Source of the DNA: Ignavibacteriota bacterium
GTDB taxonomy: Bacteria > Bacteroidota > Ignavibacteria > UBA10030
Assembly: GCA_963727825.1 (NCBI GenBank)
Contig: CAVSHO010000009.1
Location: 932,428 to 996,427 of the forward strand
DNA: 64,000 nt
Direction: 5' to 3'
Shown: positions 36,968 to 46,151 of the stretch, piece after piece
Layout: the number at the start of each line of letters is the position of its first letter
Numbering within the stretch: position 1 is the first letter of the stretch
The notes under the pieces: model-generated
Told to the model about the DNA's origin: nothing
The model's input: the letters and a program-made list of their open reading frames with translations, nothing else
Database searches by the model: none
Position numbers and translations under genes: made by a program

Positions 36968-39469
36968 TTAGCGTGGATTCAGCCGCCGCCTAGTTCTGTT
37001 CGTCGGCTTCGCAGTCAGCGGGTCTTCCGGCCAGACGTGTTTTGGATAGCGTGTACGCATTTGCGTACGTATTTCTGGATATGTATTTGTCCAGAAGCTG
37101 TGCAAATCCTGTGTTACCGCGAGCGGGCGATTTGCCGGAGAAAGCAAATGAACGAGCACATTCACTTTACCGCTGCAAATTTTTGGTGTTTCAATTTGCC
37201 CAAATAGTTCCTGCAAACGGACGGCAAGCACCGGCTGCTCGCCTGAATAATCCAAAGCGATACGCGATCCACTTGGCAAATTCAGGTGCGATGGTGCAAG
37301 GGAATCAATTTGTTGATTGAGCGAATGTGTGATTTGCAATTTCAGTATGTTAAGTAGAGGAAGTTTAACGAGGTGTTCTTTTTTCCAAATGCCATCAAGA
37401 AATGGAAAAAGCCAGTTTTCAAGAGAAACAAGTAAAGCCGTATCAGAAAAATCGGGCAAATCTTCAAGTGAAGTAAAATATTTCTTCAGCCATTGAATTC
37501 GTTGTTGAAAAGCGCGTGAATCTTTATCCCAAGGCAGACATTCCAATCCTAACTGTCTTACACCATCAACCATTGCCGAGTTTACTTTCTCTCCATGCGG
37601 TTTAATATGTCGCTCGGAAATAATGATTGCTCCAAGTCGTGAGATATTTCGTGCAATCACCATCTCGTCACTCGAACTCCAGCGAATGTCTTCTTCCTCT
37701 ATTATGGCATTGGCAAATACTCGCTGCAAATCTTTCTTGGCAAGTGGCGCAGCAAGATATATGCGAACTTCGGCGCCAATGCCGTCTACTTCGCCAATGG
37801 CAAGAAATTCTTCGCGCGCAAGCAGACTTCCCTTTGGCAACACGCCCGTTGTCCCGTTTGCCATTTGATAACGATAGCTGTTGTTCTCGCGTCGGCGCGC
37901 TATGCGTTCCGGATATGCAAGAGCGAGTAAAATTCCAGGCTCGGTCTCTTCTCTATTTAATTCGCCGTGAACGCCGATAAATTGTCTCAGTCGCTTTGAT
38001 TGAGATGTGATACGTTCGTAAATTCCTTCGTTACCTTTATGTTTCTGATGTAGTATATGTAGTCGCAGTGCAAGATCGATATCGCTATCTTTACTCCCTG
38101 CAAGAATATCCCGCTCTTCAAGTAATGCCGCGATGTCGCATGCAAGTGCACCCAAATCTAAATCCACACCTCGCAGAATCATACTGGCAAATCGTGGATG
38201 AATTGGTAACTCTGCCATTGCATGTCCGTGTTCGGTTAACTTTCCGTTACGATCCAATGCACCAAGTTCTTCAAGCAAAATTCTTGCTTGCGACATATGC
38301 GCCTCTGGAGGTAGGTCAAGAAATCGTAAATTGCTGCCGGTTAGCGTTCCCCATTGTGCTAGATTAAGAACGAGCGGTGCAAGATCGGCGGATTTAATTT
38401 CCGGTTGAGGGTAATCGGGTAATATCTCATGTTCTGCTTCAGTCCATAAACGATAACATACTCCGGCTCGCTGACGCCCGGCGCGTCCGCGCCGCTGATC
38501 CGCGACAGCTTTAGAAACAGGAACTGTTACGAGCCCGGACATTCCGCGCCTCACATCGAAACGTGCTGTGCGCGCCAATCCGGAATCGATTACTACACAG
38601 ACGCCGTCTATCGTTAAACTCGTTTCTGCGATGCTTGTGGAGAGAATGACTTTGCGTTTGTCAACCGGTGCTGGAGACAATGCTGCCGATTGCAGTTGAT
38701 ATGATGCATCGCCGAAGAGTGAGTGAATAATGACATCATTCTGCAAATGCTTTTCCCAAAGAAGATTTTCCACATGGCGAATTTCTCGTCGTCCGGGAAG
38801 AAATACAAGCACATCTCCTTCATTTTCGTTGAGCGCTAGAATAGTTGTATCAACTATACGAGTTTCAATTGTCTTATCGGATTTAAAGCGAGCGAAACTT
38901 GTGTTAATTGGATATAGAAAGCCGGAACTTTCGATAATTTGTGCGTTACCAATTAATTTTGCCATCGCAACACCATCGAGTGTAGCGGACATAACGAGAA
39001 TGCGTAAATCATTCCGTAGATGTTCCTGCACGTCCAGCGTTAGAGCAAGTCCAAGATCGGCATGAATGCTGCGTTCATGGAATTCGTCAAAAATAATCAA
39101 GGCAACGTTCGGCAAGTCAGGTTCGTGCTGAAGAAGCCGTGCAAGAATTCCCTCTGTAACCACTTCTATGCGTGTGTTCTTACTGATGACTGCTTCACCG
39201 CGGATGCGATATCCAACAGTCTGACCGACGGATTCGCCAAGTTGAGCCGCCATATATTCTGCTGCACGGCGTGCCGCAAGGCGGCGAGGTTCGAGCATGA
39301 TTAATTTCTTCCCAGCCATCCATTCTGAAGTGAGCAGAGAAATCGGAACGCGTGTGGTCTTTCCGGCTCCAGTCGGCGCTGAAAGAACAACGTTATTTGT
39401 TTGTTGAAACGTTATTAATAACCACGGTAAGATGTCGTCAATAGGATATATATGTTTGAGTTTTTGCAT
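36968..39469 (-). CDS. hrpB: ATP-dependent helicase HrpB
   Basis: APTGAGKTT, DEFHERS, MSATL, QRRGRAGR, C-terminal FWTNTYP...RYPKHVWPEDP. Confidence 0.96.
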   Translation of the reverse strand: MQKLKHIYPIDDILPWLLITFQQTNNVVLSAPTGAGKTTRVPISLLTSEWMAGKKLIMLEPRRLAARRAAEYMAAQLGESVGQTVGYRIRGEAVISKNTRIEVVTEGILARLLQHEPDLPNVALIIFDEFHERSIHADLGLALTLDVQEHLRNDLRILVMSATLDGVAMAKLIGNAQIIESSGFLYPINTSFARFKSDKTIETRIVDTTILALNENEGDVLVFLPGRREIRHVENLLWEKHLQNDVIIHSLFGDASYQLQSAALSPAPVDKRKVILSTSIAETSLTIDGVCVVIDSGLARTARFDVRRGMSGLVTVPVSKAVADQRRGRAGRQRAGVCYRLWTEAEHEILPDYPQPEIKSADLAPLVLNLAQWGTLTGSNLRFLDLPPEAHMSQARILLEELGALDRNGKLTEHGHAMAELPIHPRFASMILRGVDLDLGALACDIAALLEERDILAGSKDSDIDLALRLHILHQKHKGNEGIYERITSQSKRLRQFIGVHGELNREETEPGILLALAYPERIARRRENNSYRYQMANGTTGVLPKGSLLAREEFLAIGEVDGIGAEVRIYLAAPLAKKDLQRVFANAIIEEEDIRWSSSDEMVIARNISRLGAIIISERHIKPHGEKVNSAMVDGVRQLGLECLPWDKDSRAFQQRIQWLKKYFTSLEDLPDFSDTALLVSLENWLFPFLDGIWKKEHLVKLPLLNILKLQITHSLNQQIDSLAPSHLNLPSGSRIALDYSGEQPVLAVRLQELFGQIETPKICSGKVNVLVHLLSPANRPLAVTQDLHSFWTNTYPEIRTQMRTRYPKHVWPEDPLTAKPTNRTRRRLNPR

Positions 39470-39610
39470 AAGTTTATTTGTTTCTAACAAAAGTACATTC
39501 AATATGCAAAAAGTCCCTTGGCAAAACCATTAGTATTTAGGTAGAACGTTTTGAAATTTGACAGCTATTTTATTACCTTAATATTGTTCATTTTAATATC
39601 GGAATTTCAA

Positions 39611-40495
39611 ATGTACGTAGTAAAATTTCCATTGCTTATAACGATACGAAATGCAAAATGTATTATACAAAGATGCGAAGAAGCAATTTTTTCTTCTGAG
39701 CAAGAAGTTGTTTTTGATTTTTCTACATGTGCGTTTAGCGATCCATTTGCAATTACTTTATTGGTTGGAGCGATGAAGGCATGCGGTGCTAGAGGCCATG
39801 ATGTAAAATATATTGCCTCTCCGAATAAAAAGCTTGACGAATATTTTAAAAGTATCGGCTTTTATGAGTTTGGAGCAAGCATGATCGGGAAAAGCAGGTT
39901 CTCCGATCAGCAGGTCGAATTAAAACATTTGACTACTATAGATCCAACCTATACTGACGCTGTGATCCAAGTTCTTCAAGGTATTTTACGTATGTCAAAG
40001 GGCGTGAGAGCTTCGTTACATCTCAGTATAAATGAATTATTGACGAATACATTTGACCACAGTGAAACTATTGAAGGATGTTTTATCTGTGCACAGGCAT
40101 ACAAAGAGCGTGGCAACGTCAGCATTTGTTTAACAGATTTTGGTAAGGGAATTTTTAAAGCCCTCTCTTCTTCGCCAAAGTATAGTCATCTAACAAATTC
40201 CATAGATGCTATTGAACTGGCGATTCAAGAAGGTGTTACCAGTAGGATTGGACGTTTGGCTGGATTGGGACTGACTCATATTCATAGGTTTTTAAAGGTC
40301 AATGAAGGTGAAATACATATAATTTCGGGGGATGGTTGGGTTCATTGGAATTATAAAAGTGGTAATGGTGTTATAATTAAAAGAAAGAAACTCGCTGTTG
40401 TGTTTGATGGTACAATTGTTAACATTATTGCACGAGTTGACGGAGAAGGTCTTTATTTCCTGACGTCAGAAAACCCGGATGAACAAATATTCTAG
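39611..40495 (+). CDS. STAS-like + GHKL/HATPase (anti-sigma-type Ser kinase-like) protein
   Basis: VVFDFSTCAFSDPF...LDEYFKSIGF (STAS-like), then NELLTNTFDHS (N-box), DFGKGI (G1), GLGL (G2), GTIVNI; ATG 39611 preferred. Confidence 0.75.
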   Translation: MYVVKFPLLITIRNAKCIIQRCEEAIFSSEQEVVFDFSTCAFSDPFAITLLVGAMKACGARGHDVKYIASPNKKLDEYFKSIGFYEFGASMIGKSRFSDQQVELKHLTTIDPTYTDAVIQVLQGILRMSKGVRASLHLSINELLTNTFDHSETIEGCFICAQAYKERGNVSICLTDFGKGIFKALSSSPKYSHLTNSIDAIELAIQEGVTSRIGRLAGLGLTHIHRFLKVNEGEIHIISGDGWVHWNYKSGNGVIIKRKKLAVVFDGTIVNIIARVDGEGLYFLTSENPDEQIF

Positions 40496-40497
40496 AA

Positions 40498-40809
40498 ATG
40501 AGTGACTTCTTGATAAATATAAATGATGTATGTGGTAAGAATATCGTTACTCGTGACGATGGCAAAAGGGTTCATGACCTAATTGTTGATCAATGGAAAG
40601 AATCTGATATAATAAAGATCGATTTTGGAAATGTCTTAATTGCATCAGTATCTTTCATTGACGAGATTTTTGGCAAATTAGCATTTGAATTTAATCGAGA
40701 AGAGATCGGATCAAAACTTCAAATGTTAAATATTCAAGAATTTGATCGTGCACTTTTAAACGATATACTTGTATCTCGATATAAGCAAAAAGAATTAGAA
40801 AAGGGTTAG
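40498..40809 (+). CDS. DUF4325-type STAS-like protein
   Basis: TRDDGKRV...IKIDFGNVLIASVSFIDEIFGKL pattern. Confidence 0.8.
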   Translation: MSDFLININDVCGKNIVTRDDGKRVHDLIVDQWKESDIIKIDFGNVLIASVSFIDEIFGKLAFEFNREEIGSKLQMLNIQEFDRALLNDILVSRYKQKELEKG

Positions 40810-40942
40810 TCTTTTTCTATATCAAACGAACAATTACCTATTTCACAGCTTTATCTGAATTAATAGTTGTCGCCGATGCAAGGATTCTAGAATCTCTTTA
40901 AGTTTTTCGACAGAGTCGCGGACTCCATCTTCCTTCTGTATT

Positions 40943-43492
40943 TTACATCATTCCTTGCGGGTCTACATCAATAATCATTTTGATTTTTTTATTAGCGGCA
41001 AGCGGTGATGCCTCAAATTGTGCTTTAGCCTTAATAAGCGCGGAGCGAAGGTACGCACCGGAGGGATCGTTATCTTTTAAATCCTTGATGACAATATGTT
41101 TGCGGAAAACATTTTTGATTTTTGGGATGGCAGCATCAGCGGGGCCAAGAATTATGAATCGCTTTTGTTGATTGTGCAATGCAAGATATTCGGCGAACTT
41201 CTTAGCGTGGTGCTGAACTTCATTCTCTCGCTCACCGGAAAATTCTAGCAGTACAATTCGAGAGAACGGTGGATAATCCAACTCGCGCCGGTATTCTAAT
41301 TCTTCTTGATAGAACCCGCGGGAATTGTGCGTGATGACATGCTTCAAACTGTAATGATCTGGTTGAAGGGTCTGAATTACAACCTCACCGGAAAGATTGC
41401 TTCGTCCGGCACGCCCGGATACCTGCGTCAATAATTGGAATGTAGACTCCGACGCGCGAAAATCCGGCAGCAGCATTTGTGTATCGGCAGAAATTACACC
41501 AACGAGAGTCACACGGGGAAAATCTAATCCCTTTGCTACCATTTGTGTACCAAGAAGAATATCCGCTTCACCGGAACCAAACTGCTGTAGAATTTTGTCG
41601 TGCGCTCCTTTGCGGTTCGTGGTGTCGCGGTCCATTCGAAGAATGATCGCTTTTGGGAATAGCGCCTGCAATTCCTCCTGCACTTGCTGGGTGCCGAAAG
41701 CGTGCATTCGCAATTCAATGCTTCCGCACTTCGGGCAAACCGTTGGTGGTTTTTTTACGAAGCCACAGTAATGACAGCGAAGATGTTTTTTCGTGGTGTG
41801 AAACGTGAGCGATACTTCACAATTATCACACTTTTCGACGAATCCGCAGTCAAAACATTCCATCACGTGCGAAAAGCCGCGGCGGTTTTGAAGAAGGATA
41901 ATTCCTTCTTTTTTTTCTAAACGATTTGAGATTTGAGATTGCAACAACCGGGAGACGGAAGAGTACGGAAGCCGGTTAGGAAATTCCTTCCCGCTTTTTT
42001 TAATTTCTGTTTTGAGATCGTCATAGATTGCGCGTCGTTCTTTTGCCATATCAACAATCTCAATAGTTGGAAGCTGGGCATTATCAACGCGGTATGGAAG
42101 TTCCAGTAATGTATATTTTTCGTGAAGTGCATTTGCGAAACTCTCAGCCGATGGTGTTGCTGAACCAAGTACCACTACAGCGTTGATATGTGATGCGCGG
42201 ACCAGTGCAACATCGCGGGCGTTATAGCGCGGTGTTGCGTCGAACTGCTTGTATGATCCATCGTGTTCTTCGTCCACTACAATAAGTCCAATGTTCTCTA
42301 AAGGTGCGAAAATTGCCGAGCGTGGCCCGATAACTATTTTTACTTTGCCTTGATGTGCCATCCGCCAGGCATCATACCGTTCGCCAACCGACATTTGACT
42401 ATGCATCACTGCAACATCATCGCCAAAATGCGCTTTGAAGCGGCGCACTGTTTGGGGTGTGAGTGAAATCTCAGGAACCAGCACGATGGCTGTCTTGCCA
42501 AGCGCCATCACACGGCGAATAGCATCGATATATACTTGCGTTTTGCCGCTGCCGGTTATTCCATGTAATAGAAACGCACGATACCTGCCTTCCGTAGTCG
42601 CATTTGTGATCTCATTCAGAGCGTATTGTTGATTTACGTTTAATATGATTTCCGGCGGCGGTCCATCTGGTTCGTATTCTGAACGGCGGAATACTTCACG
42701 CTCAGAAATTCGCAAAACGCCGTTCTTCACCAATGTGTTAAGAGAATAAAGCGATGCATTGCTTTTTTTCAAGAAAGAGTTGAGACCGATTTCGCTCACT
42801 TCAGACGCAAGTTCTTCTTGAAGCGCTTCAATAAGAAATATCTGTTTTGAAGAAAATGTTGCTTTGCTTGTATCATCCGAAAGAACTTTTATTCCGTCGG
42901 CTGTAAAACTGACGATTCGTTCTGTCTTTGGTTTCGCTTTCGGCTTTTCAATTTCTTCTTCTATAGAAATCCATCCGCGTTGCTGCATTTCGCTAACAGC
43001 AGCATGAATACTCTTTGCACGCGCCTTTGTTTGAAGCTGGGAAAAGGTAAGTGTTTTGCCGCTTTTCAGTGCTTGTAAAATTGCATGTTGCCGAGGCGCC
43101 GGTTTTTTTGTCATCTGTAAAAGTGTTTCGATATCTTGTGCAAGAAGACGAATCATTTTTTTACTTTCTTGCGAAAATCCCTGCGGCGTTGCGGCTCTTA
43201 GCACTTCGCCCCACGGAGCAAGATAATATTCCGCAATCCACTTTGTCAGGGCAAGAAGTTCTGGTGAAAATGTCGGCTTCACATCCAGAATATCATTAAT
43301 TGGTTTCAGCCCGATAACATTTGTGGTTGCAGGCAATCCGACTATAACGCCAGTGAGATGTTTATTTGCGAATGGAACCATTGCGCGTTTACCGAGAGCG
43401 ACAAAAGATTGAAGCTCAGGAGGAACAAGATATGTAAACGTGTGGTCGAGTGGAATATAGAGGGCAATATCGACAAGGAATGGTTGTACCAT
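40943..43492 (-). CDS. priA: Primosomal protein N' (PriA)
   Basis: TFTY, GITGSGKTQVY, DEEHD.SYKQ, four CxxC Zn motifs, GTQMVAKGLDFP, QVSGRAGR, DVDP. Confidence 0.97.
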   Translation of the reverse strand: MVQPFLVDIALYIPLDHTFTYLVPPELQSFVALGKRAMVPFANKHLTGVIVGLPATTNVIGLKPINDILDVKPTFSPELLALTKWIAEYYLAPWGEVLRAATPQGFSQESKKMIRLLAQDIETLLQMTKKPAPRQHAILQALKSGKTLTFSQLQTKARAKSIHAAVSEMQQRGWISIEEEIEKPKAKPKTERIVSFTADGIKVLSDDTSKATFSSKQIFLIEALQEELASEVSEIGLNSFLKKSNASLYSLNTLVKNGVLRISEREVFRRSEYEPDGPPPEIILNVNQQYALNEITNATTEGRYRAFLLHGITGSGKTQVYIDAIRRVMALGKTAIVLVPEISLTPQTVRRFKAHFGDDVAVMHSQMSVGERYDAWRMAHQGKVKIVIGPRSAIFAPLENIGLIVVDEEHDGSYKQFDATPRYNARDVALVRASHINAVVVLGSATPSAESFANALHEKYTLLELPYRVDNAQLPTIEIVDMAKERRAIYDDLKTEIKKSGKEFPNRLPYSSVSRLLQSQISNRLEKKEGIILLQNRRGFSHVMECFDCGFVEKCDNCEVSLTFHTTKKHLRCHYCGFVKKPPTVCPKCGSIELRMHAFGTQQVQEELQALFPKAIILRMDRDTTNRKGAHDKILQQFGSGEADILLGTQMVAKGLDFPRVTLVGVISADTQMLLPDFRASESTFQLLTQVSGRAGRSNLSGEVVIQTLQPDHYSLKHVITHNSRGFYQEELEYRRELDYPPFSRIVLLEFSGERENEVQHHAKKFAEYLALHNQQKRFIILGPADAAIPKIKNVFRKHIVIKDLKDNDPSGAYLRSALIKAKAQFEASPLAANKKIKMIIDVDPQGMM

Positions 43493-43522
43493 TGGCCAAC
43501 AAAGAACAGCATACAATAAAAA

Positions 43523-44689
43523 TTAACTGCTGAGCTCCTTTTCCAGTATTCGATATACTTCAACAAGAGGTAAGTTATTTTCTGCGGCGATGCGTTTACA
43601 TTCTTCAAATTCTAACCGCAATTGCTCCTTACCATCGACAATAATAACCTTAGCGTAAACGGTACCGAAAGATGTCTGCACCGGCTTTGTGCTGCGCGGA
43701 AGTTTTCTTCGCTCGACAGGTTGAATGCGTACGCCGAGCGTAGTTGTTTCGCGGAATATGATATCGAGAATCTGATTGATTTTTGCGTGCTCAACGAGCG
43801 CTGAGAGGATAATACCGGGACGCCCTTTCTTCATCAAGATCGGAGTTAAATACGCATCGTGTGCGCCGGCAGAAATAAGCTTTTCTATGACGTACGGATA
43901 AATTTCCGGATTCATGTTGTCAATGTTTGTTTCAATGCTGACGATTTCATCGGCAAGGTAATTCGGTTCTATATTTCCAATTAATACACGAAGTAAATTT
44001 GGCAGTTGTTCAATTTCACGTCCGCCTGCGCCATACCCGATAGCAGAGATCTGGATTTTTTCTGTCGTTAAAACACCCTTCGAAAGTGCTTTGATGATAG
44101 CGGCTCCGGTTGGCGTTGTCAATTCAAAAGGAATATCGGTCAATAGAATGGGATAGTCTTTTAGGATTTCCATTGTTGCCGGCGTAGGCACCGGCAGAAC
44201 GCCGTGCTGAGATTTTACCATTCCGCCGCTGCCAACTTTTATCGGAGATGAATAGATGGCTTGAATGTCCAACTTTTCTAAACAAATCGAAACGCCAACG
44301 ATATCAACCAAAGAATCAATGGCGCCGACTTCATGAAAGTGTACTTTTTCGATGTCAGTGCTATGAACTTTTGATTCAGCAATTGCAACTTCTTTGAAAA
44401 TCTTCTTTGAACGCTCTTTGATATTATTAGCGAGAGAACTTTTATTGATTAGTTCTTCTATATCTTTCAAGTGTCGATGATAATGTGGCTGTTCTGAAAT
44501 AACGACATCCACTTTGGTAGCAACCATACCGTTGCGTTCAATATGCCTCGCCTGCAGTTCATATCCGCCAATGCCAAGTGCTTGGAGTTCTTTATTCAAT
44601 TCGTCGAATGGAACACCGGCACTGACAAAAGCTCCTAAAGCCATGTCCCCGCTGATACCGGCAATAGTGTCGAAATAAGCAATTTTCAT
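43523..44689 (-). CDS. larC: Nickel-pincer cofactor biosynthesis protein LarC
   Basis: FDTIAGISGDMALGA, VHFHEVGAIDS, HGVLPVP.PAT, ETNIDNM, MKKGRPG, ETTTLGVR. Confidence 0.93.
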   Translation of the reverse strand: MKIAYFDTIAGISGDMALGAFVSAGVPFDELNKELQALGIGGYELQARHIERNGMVATKVDVVISEQPHYHRHLKDIEELINKSSLANNIKERSKKIFKEVAIAESKVHSTDIEKVHFHEVGAIDSLVDIVGVSICLEKLDIQAIYSSPIKVGSGGMVKSQHGVLPVPTPATMEILKDYPILLTDIPFELTTPTGAAIIKALSKGVLTTEKIQISAIGYGAGGREIEQLPNLLRVLIGNIEPNYLADEIVSIETNIDNMNPEIYPYVIEKLISAGAHDAYLTPILMKKGRPGIILSALVEHAKINQILDIIFRETTTLGVRIQPVERRKLPRSTKPVQTSFGTVYAKVIIVDGKEQLRLEFEECKRIAAENNLPLVEVYRILEKELSS

Positions 44690-44749
44690 TTAACTACTCT
44701 AATTAAGTAAGTTGTCTATAGATGAGTAATTCTTCAAATAAAAATATTT

Positions 44750-46027
44750 TTAAATAACCTTTTGAATGTGTTGAATAAATCGTTCGGTAGCGCCTATATT
44801 TTCTTCCACTAACATAAGCGCTTGCTTTCCGGCGGTGCTATTTGCATTTTTGTCATCAAGCAATGTGCGGAATGTACGATAACATTCCTGCTGATCGTTC
44901 ACAATGAAACCACCGCCGCGCCGGGCTAGTTCCGTTGCTTCTTGCGAATTTGTGTGCTTCGGTCCAAATACAACAGGGATGCCGTATGCTGCCGGTTCCA
45001 GCACATTGTGGATGCCCTGCCGGAAACTTCCACCAACATATGCAACGTTTGCATATTGATAAAGAGCCATCAAAATACCAATGCTATCGACAATAATAAT
45101 GTGTTCGTTAGAATAGTCGTTGAGATTGGAGAAACGGATCGATCGTGGCTTTGAACCAAGTTTATTCTCAATATCTTCAAGCGCATCTTCCGTTGGTTCG
45201 TGCGGTACGAGAATCAATAGTACGTTTGAATCATACTGAAGAATTTTTTTGATCGAGGGAATAAGAACATCTTCGTCTTCGGGCCAAGTGCTGCCGGCGA
45301 GAAGAACCTTTTTCCCTTTTAGAATTGCAGGTGGAATTAAGTGCCTCTTCTTTGCATCAGCGCTGCGCTGCCATACCTGATCGTATCGAGTATCGCCGAT
45401 CGCTTCAACCGATGGATGTGTCAATCCGAATAGTGCAAATGCATCGACATCTTTAGCAGACACAGTATAAATGGATATAAAATTGTCGAATAACAAGCGA
45501 TGGAAATTTTTCAGCAGCGGATAAAATCGCGCTGATGTTGTGCGCATTGTAGCATTGGTGATGAAGGAAGGAATACCTCGCGCGCTTAATTCCCATAAAT
45601 GATTCGGCCAGACATCGTACCTTACGAACACAGCTGCCGTTGGCTGTATTAGGTCAAGGAAATGGCGTGCGTTTGTTTTTGTATCAAATGGGATGTACGT
45701 GATGACGTCGGCAAATTTGTAATTTTTTGAATGATCATAGCCAGATGGCGAAAAGAATGTGACAATTATGTTAATGTCACGGTATTTCTTCCGCAGTGCC
45801 GCAATAACGGGTTTTGCCTGCTCGAATTCTCCCATTGATGATGAATGGAACCATACGCGCCGTTTCGAAGTGAGCTTTGGTAAATCGTGTTCGATTTTTT
45901 CAAACAAGCCTATCCGCCCTCTAACGCCTCGCCGAATTTTAGTGTTGAATAGTGAAGCGATTTGTAAGAGCGTCCAAAAGGATGGTATAAATAATGTATT
46001 ATAGAGAATGAACCAGATTTTTTTCAT
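44750..46027 (-). CDS. waaA: 3-deoxy-D-manno-octulosonic acid (Kdo) transferase
   Basis: WFHSSSMGEFEQ, TFFSPSG, GDTRYD, AGSTW, YVGGSF..GIHNVLEPA. Confidence 0.93.
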   Translation of the reverse strand: MKKIWFILYNTLFIPSFWTLLQIASLFNTKIRRGVRGRIGLFEKIEHDLPKLTSKRRVWFHSSSMGEFEQAKPVIAALRKKYRDINIIVTFFSPSGYDHSKNYKFADVITYIPFDTKTNARHFLDLIQPTAAVFVRYDVWPNHLWELSARGIPSFITNATMRTTSARFYPLLKNFHRLLFDNFISIYTVSAKDVDAFALFGLTHPSVEAIGDTRYDQVWQRSADAKKRHLIPPAILKGKKVLLAGSTWPEDEDVLIPSIKKILQYDSNVLLILVPHEPTEDALEDIENKLGSKPRSIRFSNLNDYSNEHIIIVDSIGILMALYQYANVAYVGGSFRQGIHNVLEPAAYGIPVVFGPKHTNSQEATELARRGGGFIVNDQQECYRTFRTLLDDKNANSTAGKQALMLVEENIGATERFIQHIQKVI

Positions 46028-46151
46028 TATGCTGCAAGTGAAATGACTGAGACTAAATTTCGGAACTATGGTAGAGAAAGTTTGATGGAAATGCAAGAAA
46101 CGGAGCTACAGGAGTATGAATATCCGGCAGTCACTGACTATTTAATGTAGC

